A stretch of DNA of 64,000 nt from Octopus vulgaris (GCA_951406725.2 OX597814.1:173042001-173106000), one strand, 5' to 3'; shown: positions 28,738 to 42,707, counted from the first letter of the stretch. Notes: a model not told the origin generated them from the sequence alone. Program-made: numbers and translations.

Positions 28738-29153
28738 CATTTCTTTACTACCCACAAGGGGCCAAACATAAAAGGGACAAACAAGAACAGACAAAGGGAT
28801 TAAGTCGATTACATCGACCCCAGTGCGAAACTGGTACTATATTTATCTACCCCGAAAGGATGCAAGGCAAAGTCGACCTGGGCGGGATTTGAACTCAGAA
28901 CGTAACGACAGACGAAATACTTATTTCTTTACTACCCACAAGGGGCTAAACACAGAGGGAACAAACGAGGACAGACAAACAGATTAAGTCGATTAGATCG
29001 ACCCCAGTGCGTAACTGGTATTTAATTGATCGACCCCGAAAGGATGAAAGGCAAAGTCGACCCCGGCGGAATTTGAACTCAGAACGTAACGGCAGACGAA
29101 ATACGGCGACGCATTTCGCCCGGCGTGCTAACGTTTCTGCCAGCTCGCCGCCT
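28738..29153 (-). mobile_element. SINE family A, dimeric form
   Basis: Same two-unit structure as 17564-17985; TSD tataagcg(tg/at)ctgtgata at 28720-28737 and 29154-29171. Confidence 0.92.
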
Positions 29154-30084
29154 TATAAGCGATCTGTGATAGGTACTGTAAGAGTTTTTGTAGAATATCA
29201 ATAAACAGATCTGTTCGATAATTAGAATAATGTAGAAGGAGCCAATTAAAAGCTAAACTTTGTAAAGTTGGTTATAGCGCAGGGCGTAGTTTTGTGTAAG
29301 AATTTTGACCTGAAACATGTGGTGTCTATTTTGAAGATGCTAGAAATTCAATAGCGAGGAATAATTGCTTGATGCACTGGCCGAGCAAATAAAAACGCAA
29401 CAGTTTCACGATTAGTTCAAGCATCTTAAACCTCTAGGAACGGGTGTATATCACGAGCGAGTGAAGGTCATATAGTTTGAGGAGTAAGTGATAACAAAAT
29501 CTAAGGTATGAAGATGTATGAGTTCTTTAAAAATATAACAGGAGCCTCCATTAGAAGTTCTCGTAAAACTGTTATCACATAAATAAATAGTAATATTAGA
29601 ACGACAAGGGAAAAACAAATCGCCCGATTTTTGTGAAAGAACATGAAAAAGGAGGGATTTGGAGGTACAAACTGGATAACTGAGACTCGATTTAAATTAT
29701 AAATATCTTCAAAATGTGCTGATTTGGCAAGAATATCTGTTTATTTTTCTTCGGCAAATATTCAAGAATCAGCTAATTACACTGCAAGTATTTATGTGTA
29801 TCTAGCAGCATTTCTTCTTCCCTACAGCTATAATGTATGGCTTTCTATAAACAACTAAACACACACTGACGCACACATACACACAAACACACAGGCATAC
29901 ACTCACACAAGCACTGACGCACACACATGCACACACACACACACACACACTCACACATATAACCGTCTAAGAATCCATAAGTCAAAAACATATGCACTCG
30001 TATATTTGTCAATAGAGTGGGTATATTAATCGAAGTTTACCCGTTTGATATACTCATTACAGCCGATCTTCCCATCGGTATTTC

Positions 30085-30250
30085 GCTTGGGATTTAACGG
30101 AGACATTGGGTGCACAGCTAAAGGAAACACTCATGGTATTTTTCTACTAAGCTAAGGAAAATCTTACCTACGCTTAAAGAGAAGGGTGGTGTAAACCACG
30201 ACTCTTTCTGGTGGCGTTTTCTCTTGGAATGGTAAGGGTCTGGCATATTA
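30085..30250 (-). mobile_element. Penelope-like element ORF fragment
   Basis: KRKRHQKESWFTPPFSLSVGKIFLSLVEKYH then VSFSCAPNV resemble the PLE motifs RxRxxxWFNPP(F/Y)S...G..FL.L.DKHF and ISYSCMPN. Confidence 0.65.
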
Positions 30251-30504
30251 CTAATATTACAAAGCCTCATTATAGCAGGGGCCGGCGCCGCCCCGACACT
30301 CTGGCCGCCAGCGGTTTTAAGGAAAGGATTAGTCATACGCTACACCCTAATCTCTAAATGCTACTATTGGGTTGACACAGAAACTTAAAATTCTGCATGT
30401 AAGTCTCCATACTTGTATCAGTCAATAAATATAATCATCTATTTATAACGATAATGAGGCCTAGTTCTTGTGTCGTTACACGTGATATGTTTATATACAT
30501 GCGC

Positions 30505-30547
<43 letters not shown>

Positions 30548-30569
30548 ATTGTACATATATGTGTTACAG

Positions 30570-30700
30570 CGACGAGTGTTCCAGATGATCCGATCAACGA
30601 ACAAGCCTGTTCATGAAATTAACGAGGTTCTTAGGGGACACAGAATTTGACAAAATTGGTCCTTTGAAATACATGTACAACTAATTTTTGTTAAGTGGAC
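30570..30700 (-). mobile_element. Deleted fragment of a SINE related to family C
   Basis: gttccagatgatccgatcaacg...gaaattaacg...cctttgaaatac..gtacaact; recognised from memory of octopus repeats, no second copy in the window. Confidence 0.4.
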
Positions 30701-31042
30701 ATACTGTCAATATGTATGCATGTCATCTACATATAATTTACCTACCTTACTCCTTTCCATCTATATCTCTCTCCTCTTTTTTCCCCTCTCGCTATCTTTC
30801 TCTGTACTGATACACACATACATGTGTGTGTGTGTATGTATGCATGTATGTATGTGCATATATGTGTGTGTGCATATATGTGTATGTGCATATGTGTGTG
30901 GGGGGAGGAGAGAGAGGGGGAGAAAGACCCACAAAGTGTTGTAGGAAGACAGATGTATACATCTGTATATACAAACCAATATATGTAGTATAGCACAGAA
31001 ATATTTCTTTTTACCACTATTTGTCTTTTCTCGTTATATATA

Positions 31043-31128
<86 letters not shown>

Positions 31129-31966
31129 GTGCGCGTATGTGTCTTTGTATGAATGCTTGTGTTTCTCTGTGTGAATAAATGTAGCTTAAGCGAAAAAAGA
31201 ATTCCGTGCAATTCTAATAGCTCATTTAATAGCTGGATATTTTATGCATCAGTTACATTACAACTATTAGTTTCCCCGTTTCCGGTTCCTCAGGTAATAA
31301 AAAGGCAATGTAACATTAAATAATATAGTCCCACAAATCCCTAAAAACACGGAATGGTAACGGTTGAAATGCTTTTGGTCATAATTTTTCTCAATAAAAG
31401 CTAACCTGAGGTTAAACATCAACACCACCAGTAACATATATTATATAGAAATTATCTAGTATTTTGATATGCATCTTCTTACAGGCTACTGCCGAACGAA
31501 AGTAATACGAGAGAGAAAAGTTTAGTATAAACACATTTCCTAATTGCTATGAAACCCTAGAGTTGCTCCGGAGGAGAGGGATAGGTTTCCAAAAGTCGGA
31601 TTTAATGTGTTTGCTCTGAGATCTCTTCAAAACAGCGCACGGAAACGTTCTACTTCCAAACTAGGGGATTTTAACCATCAGGTTTAGTTTTGTGTCATTT
31701 ATGGAAATAATCGGTCTGAAAATCACTTCTCAGGTTGTTATTTTGGTTGATGTTTTTGTTGGTGTTTTGATTCATATTAACTTTGATCTGCGGTCAACTT
31801 ATAATATACGATATCTGAAAAACAATGATGGAATCATTGTTTTTCAGATATCGTATATTATATACCACATTAGCCAATATATTTATCTGAAGAACATTTG
31901 GCTTTTTATTTCTTACCGATCGAATGGCCGCACAGAGATTCCTTCGATGCGTAACACCTACCTAGG

Positions 31967-32102
31967 TACGTATACCTATATATACATAGAGGCGTGACTG
32001 TATGGTAAGAAGCTTGCTTACCAGCCACATGGTTTCGGGTTCAGTCCCACTGTGAGGGACCTTGGGCAAGTGTCTTTTACTATAGCCTCGGGCCGACCAA
32101 AA
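31967..32102 (+). repeat. Local duplicate of 32832-32970 (SINE B head plus its unique flank)
   Basis: Shares the 5' flank tacgtatacctatatataca and private variants gactgtatgg, accagccac, tttcggg. Confidence 0.8.
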
Positions 32103-32710
32103 GGCTCATATGTCTATAGCAATCATCCTGAATTACCATAGTGCCTTCGACATGTAACAACTCAATCACCAGATATCTAACCATGTCTACCTGATAAGTA
32201 ACACCTACTCTGAAATGTATTAAAGCCTTGTTTTATATTTACCCAATTCCGATACTCGTACAGATATCGGTGGATACTTATTTAGAAAAATTCTTGCGAC
32301 GAACAAAGATTTATTTAGCTGTTTCCAAGGACTACTTGGTATGACACTTGACATTGTTGGTTGAATAGTCTAAGCAGCTGTACAGTGATCGTCATCGAAG
32401 AGAATATTAAATAGAATTTTACATAGCATTGTTGATATTAAAAGCAATAGTGATAAACAAAATGTACTCCGAAATTGCTCATTTGAAAAATAACCTGAAC
32501 GCCAGAGGCTAGAAAAATAACACCGGATGCATTACACAGGTAGTCTTGCTGTGTGCCATTGTTTGAAAGAAACCGTGTTAAAATTTATCTTACTCTACGA
32601 ACAAAAGGCATCTTTCTCTTATGAAAAATTAGTCTTGTAGGTCGTTTTTAAGTAGGGCTAGTTAAAGTGGGTAATTATTTAAAAGAACAAAGGTCTTTGT
32701 GTGTGTGTGT

Positions 32711-32783
<73 letters not shown>

Positions 32784-32854
32784 TAATATATATGTATGTA
32801 TTACGTATAATATATATATATATATATATAATACGTATACCTATATATACAGAG

Positions 32855-32995
32855 AGACGTGACTGTATGGTAAGAAGCTTGCTTACCAGCCACATGGTGG
32901 TTTCGGGTTCAGTCCCACTGTGTGAGACCTTGGGCAAGTGTCTTCTACTATAGCCTCGGGCCGACCAAAACCTTAGGAGTGGATTATGTAGTCGT

Positions 32996-33059
<64 letters not shown>

Positions 33060-33312
33060 GTATGTATGTATTTATGTATGTATGTATGTATGTATGTATG
33101 TATGTATGTATGTACATTTGTGTGTCTGTGCTTGTCTCTGTACCATCGCTTGACAACCGATGCCGGTGTGTTTACACTCCCGTAACTTAGCGGTTCGGCC
33201 AAAAAAAATAGAATAATTATTACACTTACAAAGAATAAGTCCTAGGATCGATTCGTTCGACTAAAGGTGGCGCTCCAGCATGGCCGCAGTCAAAAAGTAA
33301 AAGTATAAAAGA
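32855..33312 (+). mobile_element. SINE family B, full length
   Basis: A/B boxes (tgactgtatggt / gggttcagtccc), accttgggcaagtgtctt CORE-like segment, internal (CA)n(TATG)n, (gtaaaa)n tail. Confidence 0.9.
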
Positions 33313-33808
33313 ATATATATATATATATATATACATATGAAGAAGGAAGAATTGTTAAATAAGGGGTACTATATCCTCCTATTTTTGCGGGCGATTAACC
33401 TCTGGAAACGGCCGTTGGTAACCTATTTTAACAATTTTTAACTATCCTGACTTTTAATTTCTTTCCTCCTATCTTTTATTTCGCTTTCATCACAACTTCA
33501 GACCTTCTTCAATATATTTACGTATACATGTATATTTTAATGTATTTATGTCTGCATCTAAATTTCTTTTAATCTATTAGCTTACATATATATTTTTAAT
33601 ACATTTATTTATTCATAGATTTTTTTAAAAGCCTATGGATTTATCGATTTTTAATGTATCAAAAATACTTGTTCTTTCAATTCATCTGAAATCGGAGTTA
33701 TGTTTATGGATTAAATTACCTGGTCTTACGGTTCTTCACCTATATTTTTATCTTTTGTCTCAAGTTCCTCTTGAGCACTTCTAAGTGCAAACCTCAATTT
33801 TGTGAGAG

Positions 33809-33861
<53 letters not shown>

Positions 33862-34134
33862 GCTCTGTATATTATATATACTATGAATATCATTGATAGA
33901 AGATATATTCTTAATCAAGCTCACTGGAACTGTGAAAATCATCTAAAACTCCCTAAAAGTTTATCATTTGAATATATATGAGCATGTCTAGATAGGCAAC
34001 TATATGCATGAGAATATAAAGCATAAAGCAAAACATACAAATCTGCACACATACATACATATATGCATACATACATACATACATACATACATACATACAT
34101 ACATACATACATACATACATACATACATACAAGC

Positions 34135-34250
34135 AAAAATCCCCTATTGTTGATGTTCAGATTCCAATGAAGGAGCCTTGAATCTAGGCTAGAAACCAGT
34201 TCTTTCTCTATTGGCAAGAAATCTTGAAATAAAACTGAACAATGACATAC
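34135..34250 (+). mobile_element. (CATA)n-associated short repeat
   Basis: ttccaatgaaggagccttgaatctag...cttgaaataaaactgaacaatga-catacata; preceded by (CATA)n. Confidence 0.7.
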
Positions 34251-34414
34251 ATAGATATGGGATGCATATAAAAGACAGTTCTGCTGTAGAATACATACTT
34301 ACGAGCACAAGGAATATTGGTGGAACTTGCTCATCGAAATTTATAAAGAGTGCACACATAATAGACTTGACACAATTATTTGGGATGAAAAGTCATGTAC
34401 AATAATAGACGTAA

Positions 34415-34605
34415 GGCTCAAGCATGGCTGTGTGATAAGAAGCTTGCTTCCCAACCACATGATTACAGGTTCAGTCCCACAGTGTGGCAGCTTGGACAAG
34501 TGTCTTTAACCCTATCCTTGGGTCAAACCAAAGTCTCGAGAGTGGATTTGGTAGAAGGAAACATACAAAAGCTCGTCGTATATACACACACACACGCACA
34601 CACAC

Positions 34606-34672
<67 letters not shown>

Positions 34673-34873
34673 TTTGTGTCTGTGTTTGTCTCCCCACCAT
34701 CACTTGCCGAGTGATGTCGGTGAGTTTACGTCCCCGTAACTTAGCGGTTCAGCAAAAGAGACTGAAAGAATAAGTACAAAGAATAGTTCCTGAGGTCAAT
34801 TTTTCGACTAAAATCCCTTGAAGGCGGTGCTCCAGCATGGCCGCAGTAAAATAAGTGAAACAAGTAAAAGAGA
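34415..34873 (+). mobile_element. SINE family B, full length
   Basis: Head to tail homology with the other copies. Confidence 0.9.
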
Positions 34874-35183
34874 TAGAGTTAGTTGCTCTGCAGTTAGGGA
34901 CAACTCTTCCAAAATCTTTGTGAAAGAAAATAACTATGAACTTCTTTGAAACCTGCAACTGCTTCGAAACCTGCAACTCCTCTACTCTGATAATAAATTT
35001 ACATTCTTATCAATCGGTGCACTCATTTATGATAATAAATACCTAAGCTACAATGGGAAACATTAGGAATTTCAAGGCAAGAAAGTAATTGGCTAACGCA
35101 ATGTAATCTATAAGTGAAATAGTAAAAATATGCAAGACTTTCTTAAAGTTCGAAATTTTATAATTATGATTTTTATTATCCAA

Positions 35184-35567
35184 CTAGCAGTATCGCCCGG
35201 CGTTGCTCAGGTTTGTAAGGGAAATAACTATAAAGCATTTTTAGAGAGTTATAGCCAAAAAATAGCAAAAAAATGGAAAAAAAATGATGGTAAATTTTTT
35301 TTGAGAGTTAAAGAAGGTGGAGTTGCGTCCCCTAGACGGTCTGTGGTTTGGGTTTCTGATTCTCGACCCCATGTCGAATTTATCGATTTTTTTTAGAACT
35401 GGGGGAACTTTTCAAAATTTTCGCTGCGTTAGTTTTGAATTATGACATTGGGCTATGTGTGTGTCAAGTTTCATCAGAATCGGTTGAAAGCTGTGGTCAG
35501 GGTGAGGGTACGAGAAAACAGACACACAGAAAACGCACAGACAAACTGCCGTTTATATAGAGAGAGA
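35184..35567 (-). mobile_element. Non-autonomous Helitron (family H2)
   Basis: Minus strand: A|TCtctctatataaacggcag ... aaacctgagcaacgccgggcgatactgCTAG|T. Confidence 0.85.
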
Positions 35568-35779
35568 TTTCTAATAATGGATCTTTCATTTATTTTTTCT
35601 TTGAAAACAAAAACCATCATTCCTGAAAGAATATTTTATCGTATATTTTTTACTTGTTAATAGCATAGAATTGTGGCTATGCGGGGGCAACACATTGAAG
35701 AGTTTATTGGAATAAATCAACTGATTTTCAAGTCGAACTAAGTCGAACAAATCAATATACTTTTTAATGTAGTACTTAT

Positions 35780-36120
35780 TCTCATTTCTTTATTGCCCAC
35801 AATGGGCTAATTTATCGACCCCGAAAGGATGAAAGGCAAAGTCGACCTCGATAGAATTTGAACTCGGAATGCAGCGGCGGACGAAATACCTATTTCTATT
35901 TCTTTATTACCCACAAGGGGCTAAACATAGAGGGGACAAACAAGGACAGACAAGTCGCTTACATCGACCCCAGTGCGTAACTGGTACTTAATTTATCGAC
36001 CCCGAAAGGATGAAAGGCAAAGTCAACAACGATGGAATTTGAACTCGGAATGCAGCGCCGGACGAAATACCACAAATCATTTCGCCCGGCATGCTAACGT
36101 TTCTGTCAGCTCGCCGCCTT
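35780..36120 (-). mobile_element. SINE family A dimer (second unit deleted), nested in a diverged family-B copy (about 35645-36365)
   Basis: TSD tgtagtacttat at 35768-35779 and 36121-36132; junction cgaaatacctatttc at about 35882. Confidence 0.85.
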
Positions 36121-36839
36121 TGTAGTACTTATGTAGTACTTCAATGTGGTACTTGTTCTATGGGCCTTTTTTTCGAACAGCTAAGAGGATGTAGGCAAAG
36201 CAACACCGGTTGTCAAGCTATGGCCAGGGACAAACACAAACACACACACTTACAAACACACAAATATGCACGCACAAACGCACACACACACACATTACGA
36301 AGGGCTTCCTTATAGTTTCTGCCAAAATATTACTGACTTGGGTCTATGGTAGAAGGCAGTTGCCCATACACACACACAAATACATACATACACACACATG
36401 CGCACACACACATACAAATATACATACACATTTACGTACACACATACCCACATATACACACATACATTATGTAACTAAATAAGTGGCCTTATCAATTTAT
36501 GTATGGATGGAAGGATTGAGGGATGGAAGTGTAGATGTATAGAGAAGGCTAAAGTCGTACATGTGTGTCCCCTCCCTCCGCCGAATAGGGAGGGAGTAGC
36601 GGAGGAGAATACAAGCGATTTCTTTAACATGTTTGTTTAGTTGAAAGGATGCTACTTTTCAGCTAAATAAATGTCAAGCTCTCAATGGCACTTGGCGAAA
36701 CGACAGCCTGTGAAACATTCAAGACGATTTGAACGAAACAGCATCTGTGTGTTTAGTCGGTCTCGTTTTCATTGGTAACATTTTACATCCTTACCTACCG
36801 CTTGCATACCATGTTCCAGCCACACCCGTCGCAACCCAA

Positions 36840-36863
36840 CACTCTTCTCTCTATTCCCCACTA

Positions 36864-36904
<41 letters not shown>

Positions 36905-37800
36905 CTATGTATCTACCTATTTATCTATTTATCTATTTCTCTTTCTCTCTCTCTCTCTATCTATTTATTCTCTCTATTTCTCTCTTTTTCTTCCTATATC
37001 TCTCTCCTCTCTCTATATATATCTATATATCTATCTATTTCTCTCTCTTTCTCTCTCTCTCTCTCTCTGCTTCCCAGTATCTATCTACTTGTTTCTCTCT
37101 CTTTATATATCTATCTCTTTCTCTTTCTCTCTCTTTCTCTCTCTCCCTCCCTGTATCTATCTATTTATTTACCTATTTATCTCTCTTTATATATCTATCT
37201 ATATCTCTTGCTCTCCCCTCCTCTCTCTCTTTGTCTCTCTTTCTCCCCCACCCCTTGACTATTTGTCCTTTTCAACCCCCTTCCCTTTCACTCTTATTCA
37301 TCTATTTCCTTCCACCATACATCACTTTTTCTTCATTCTTCCCTCTATGTCAGTTTCTCTCTCTCATTCTCTCCGTTTCTCTCACTCTCATTTTGTCTCT
37401 TTCCATCTTTCTCATTCTCTTCTTTCCCCCCTCACTTTCATTCTCTTTATTCCCCTCACTATCATTCTTTGTCCTTCCCTTCACTCTTTATGTCTCCCCT
37501 TTTCACTATAACAATTTATTCAATATATTTCCCCCTCAGTTCAGTAGTTTCCTTCTTTCTCTTCCTCAAACTGTCCTACTCTTACTTTCCCTCTCTTTTT
37601 ATCTCCCTCACTAAATCCATATTAATTTCTTTTTTTCTTTTCACCTTACATCAGCAGGTCCCTTTCACAATTCTCCACTTGTTCTGCTGTTTTTCATTTA
37701 CTTTGTTTTCCTTATTCAATGGTGTTTCTCTCTTCAATGTTTCCACCTCCCTCTCCCTGTCTCCTCTTCTATCCCCCCTCTCTCTCGCTCTATCTCTAGG
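36840..37800. repeat. CT-rich low-complexity tract
   Basis: (TC)n/(TCTA)n decay; source of the 260- and 280-aa LSLSI ORFs. Confidence 0.9.
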
Positions 37801-38921
37801 ACTTCCGTCGGTCAAGACTAACTATGCAATCTTCAAATATATGCATAGGTACAGGCCTGTGCAGAATGTTTTTCAAGATAACTGGCAGTTACACATAGAT
37901 ACAAATCTCCTTCCTGCAGAATACCGTTGTTTATCCACGGGATAGGGCACCGATTTCGGTTAATATACCTTGACGTTAATGTCATCTCAAGTGTTACAAT
38001 CAAAGATTAAAAAGCGAGAACAGATACTGCAAGGTACCTTGCACAACCCCTATAAAAGGTTCACTAATTCACCGCACTGGACTGCTACTAAAATATCGAC
38101 CTCGAATGAATAAAAGGTAAATCAGTGAGATTTGAACTCTAACGAGTGTGCGAAACTGATATCTTTTTACCGTATACAACGTTTGCATGCGAATGCACAA
38201 ACGCATGCCTACACAAGTGTAATGTTCGTTTTCATTGTGAACCTCTCATGTGCTTCCGAGAATCTAATTTATCTTATAACTTGTTCAGGTTATATAGGAC
38301 AGACAAGTCTGACACTGGAACAGAAATCCACAATACATAAGGAACAGATCTGGTTCCCGCAATACAGACATATTCCTTTGAGTGAACGCGTAGAGATATG
38401 TGCAGTTAATATCCAACCAAACTTCACATTTTTCCCCATCTACCAGTACAAAAAATAAAACAATTTCTGTACAAGAACGTTTAAATAAAGAAAATTTGTT
38501 CATCGAAAAATGCAGAACACGTCTAAATATGAACGCGTAACCAACTTTGGTCTCAGTATATATTTTAATTCATGATCACATACCCATCACTCTACATATT
38601 CCATCTTACTACTTCAGCTTTTGAGTTTTCGTACATGTATTTATCTCCACCCCGAAAGATGAGCAATTACCTCCCTTCTCCCCAATAATAGCGATCACTA
38701 ATTACCTCCCCTTTTCTACTTCTTGATTTTTCTACTTGAATCATTCGTTCAAAAATTTCTTCACCGACGATATGAACTAAAATCTTCTTAAGTAAATACG
38801 AAATTACAATAATTTCAATGTCTTGATTAGTGAAAGCGAAACCGGTCGACAAATACAATACTCTTTCATTTATAAAATATATTGAAAAGGATATTAAAAC
38901 TATGTAAATTGTGCATTTTAC

Positions 38922-39003
<82 letters not shown>

Positions 39004-39397
39004 TACACACACACCTACATAGGTATACATATATATGTATGTATATATGTATATATAAATGTTTTAAGTATTTTAAAAGCCCAAACAATCCAAATGATAA
39101 TAAATTAATTTCACAGTTCGAGGGTTAGTATTATTACCTCGTATTACAATAGTTTATTTCCTTTCGATAAGAAATCTCCGGAAGGAAAGGTTAGCAATTT
39201 ATTTTCTAGGACATTTCTTTCGTGAGTACTCCTACATCTGAAATGCTGAAATATCACAGGCCATGTAGAACTAACCGTCGACGTGCTTCATTAATCTTTT
39301 TATGACTTGCATGGTTTTGGCTTTAAAATATATTTAAAACATTCATTGATACCAGACAAGGCTTCTTGGAAAATATACAACCCTAATATATATACAT

Positions 39398-39559
39398 AGG
39401 AGTGGCTGTGTGGTAAGTAGCTTACTTATCAACCACATGGTTCCGGGTTCAGTCCCACTGCGTAGTACCATGGGCAAGTGTCTTCTACAATAGCCTCGGG
39501 CTGACCAATGCCTTGTGAGTGAATTTGGTAGAGGGAAACTGAAAGAAGCCCGTCGTATG

Positions 39560-39641
<82 letters not shown>

Positions 39642-39828
39642 TGTGTTTGTTCTCCAACATCGTTTGACAACCGATGGTGGTGTGTTTACGTCGGCAAAAG
39701 AGACCGATAGAATAAGTAGTAGGCTTACAAAGAATAAGTCCTGGGGTCGATTTGCTCGACTAAAGGCGGTGCTCCAGCATGATCACAATCAAATGACTGA
39801 AACACGTAAAAGACTAAAAGAGTAAAAA
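39398..39828 (+). mobile_element. SINE family B
   Basis: Near full-length homology. Confidence 0.9.
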
Positions 39829-41019
39829 AGTGTGTGTATGTATGCACATAATGCTTACATGCGATCTACAGGGCATAAGTATAGCATTTTGAAAGTACGT
39901 CCAGATGCATATATTAAAATAAACATACAAGCGTCACATATTCTTTCCTTGTATATGGATCCGTGTTTATAATATAGAAATATGCATACAAATTATATAC
40001 ATTAGAATTGTTACAATCCACTCACATTCTGTACCAGAAGTTCTGAAATCCTTATTAATTCGTAACACATTGCATCGTAGAATTACATACAAATTTAACA
40101 AAAAAATTTAAAACTTATTAAAATAGAAGAAAACTATTGCTTACCATGTTTTATTGACCATACTTGTCTTTAACAAAATAATGAACAACACATTCCTGAA
40201 ACCTTTCAAACATTACTATAGATTTTTTTTTCTATAAAGCCTTACGTTTTGTTTTTAAAAACAGGCAGTGCACCGTTTCAGAACAACTGTTTAATGGAGT
40301 CTCGTGACTTGTTGTAATTTGCATACAAACCTCCCATAAATCACACCTTGCTGTATTAAAAAAGGAGGAGCACACGGGATGATGTAGTACTAGATACACT
40401 ATGGCGGAAAAAGTACGGGATGTCCACGACCTGAAAGCCTTTGATAATAGATCATTCACTTTAATTAGAGCAGAATTGATTGATAAAAAATGGCATGCAT
40501 TATGTTAATAGAGAACCGAACAAGTAACATTTTCAAAATAATTTCTAAATTGAGGTGCAGTTATATTTAACGAGCCCCAGCTTATTACTGGTACTTTTTC
40601 GTAGCGAAACTGTTAAGCTGAAGATGAAACTGAACAACATATTAACTTCCTCAAGGTTAAGTAATCTACTAACCAGACTGCTCTAGTATAGTTGGTATGT
40701 GTTCTCTAGAATGTCTGTAAGTCTGTAAAGGTGGTCAATAACATCTGATGTTTGTTATTTGGCAGATTCAGACGTGAAATACATTGGACAGAGGACAGGA
40801 AGAATAGTAACTTCACTGAGATGTTTTGGTTGCTATGAAAATAGCTATACACGAAGGCATTGATGCGTAAGTAAAATACGTGGGTTGGCTAGATTGATAA
40901 ATAAGTAAAGTAGGCAAATCCTTAACTTGAATAATTATATAACTGGCCGGCAGGCTGGTTCGCTTGTTGTATTGTATGACTAAATCGTTGTTATAGCTGT
41001 ATAGTGGATATATAGATGA

Positions 41020-41085
41020 ATGGTCGGTCGGTCGGTCGGTCGGTTGGTTAGTCAGTTGGCCGGCTGGTTGGTTGGTTGGTTAGCT
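41020..41085. repeat. (GGTC)n/(GGTT)n microsatellite
   Basis: Directly visible. Confidence 0.85.
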
Positions 41086-42707
41086 AGGGTAATGGTTAGT
41101 TAGACGCGTGTTTGTATTGATGATTGTGTAGTTGAGTGTCTCGGTGGCTGCTCGGTTAGTCTGAAAGCTGTATGAATGGATATATGTATGACTGAACAGA
41201 TAGAAATATGATGGAACGAATACGTAGTTGTTCCTATATTATTTCATGCATGGCTATACAAAGGAATAGCCGTTCTCAGACTACAATAAGCAGTTCTAAA
41301 TACTGCCCTTAGCAATCAGATTGGCGCCGCAATTTATACCTTAACATTGCGAAATGAAATTATCCGAAAATATCTTTAATAATTAATCGATCATCAATTC
41401 CAAATTTGTGATTCTTTTCTCTTGCTTTTAATAAAAGTGTTCAACTAGAGTGGTTTGCCGTCTTTGAGCAACCAAGCATTGCTTCATATACCGTTAAGTA
41501 TAATCACATAGCCATAAAAGAATGATCAAAAAGAGGCTGGCTTGCTCGCTATTCCGAAATTTCAGAAGCTTCAAAGATCTGAAAAATCGATAAGGAATCT
41601 CTCTCTTCGTTTTCGAAAATGACTCCTTGATTAAAAACAATTTACTTCAAAAGTTGTAATCGGTTGATGGCGACCCGTCAGTGACAGTATCGGCAATCCA
41701 TTGATGATATTCTACCGCATCTAATCGTATAGTAAATCAACATACAAATATGGCTGCTAATATAACGGTGCGCACACACGCAAACTGGGCGAGTGAATAA
41801 TATATTAGTAGCAAGTTCACATCTAAGTGAAAAAGAAGATTTAATTGTGAGAATCGAAATTCAGCAAAATGTGGGAAATATATTTCTAGATCTTCGGAGA
41901 ATATTGCTTTCTGTCGAATAGTCTGAAGTCAAATTATTGTCGGAGTATCAGTGTTGTTTGAACCGACATCATATATATGACTGATAAATTATTTAATACA
42001 TCTCGTAAGTATGATTTTTTAAAATGTTTCAAGCATTGTTAGAACTCATATCGAAAACAGATGACTGTAACGATCCATCAAATATTTTCATAAGGGAACC
42101 TCTACGTATCCACAAACAAGAAATTGCAGCAAAATCTCATCTCCCTTAAATTACACTATACAGTCTTAAAGAAAGACTAAACACGATGATCCATATAAAA
42201 GCTCTTACAAAAGATGGTTTGATCATACGTATCCTCGATCAAATTTGCACTGAGGCCAAACAATAAAAATAATTTGCAACTGTTCATAACTTATAGCAAT
42301 ATTAATCTAAAATTCTGCAGTGTCGTTTCCAAAGTTTAAAACTCAGGTTCATGTCTCAGTTATTTAATATTCTAGTTCTTGGAACAAAGCTCAAGCCTAA
42401 ACGACTCTATTCGAGTTCCCTGGAGCTTGTTTTATTTATTAATGTAGTTACTGTTATATAGTTCCTAGTCAGCCCTGATCCCGCAGAAGTATGAAATTGT
42501 TACGTATATTTAGGACTATATTACTCAGCATGTTTATCCTTAATGACCCACTGTCGTGAAAGGAATTACCCAATATGGAAAACAAAAAAAAATGAGATAC
42601 TTTTAATTAAGTATTTCCTCGATCGACGACAAAGCACGAATATAATACAAACTGACGTGTTATATATCAGGAGCTTCAACACAGTTGGAAAATTATGGAA
42701 TTGCAAA

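Noticed and set aside
32250-32420. Possible Gypsy integrase remnant on the minus strand (PSSPWKQL)
   Set aside because: A single short motif; no ordered second motif found
33400-33800. Hammerhead-like fragments (gaaacggccgtt; ctcttgagcac..gtgcaaac)
   Set aside because: Too many core mismatches to support
36729-37945. Longest ORFs (260, 280 and 158 aa), hydrophobic and membrane-protein-like
   Set aside because: CT-rich tract lacking stop codons; open in overlapping frames
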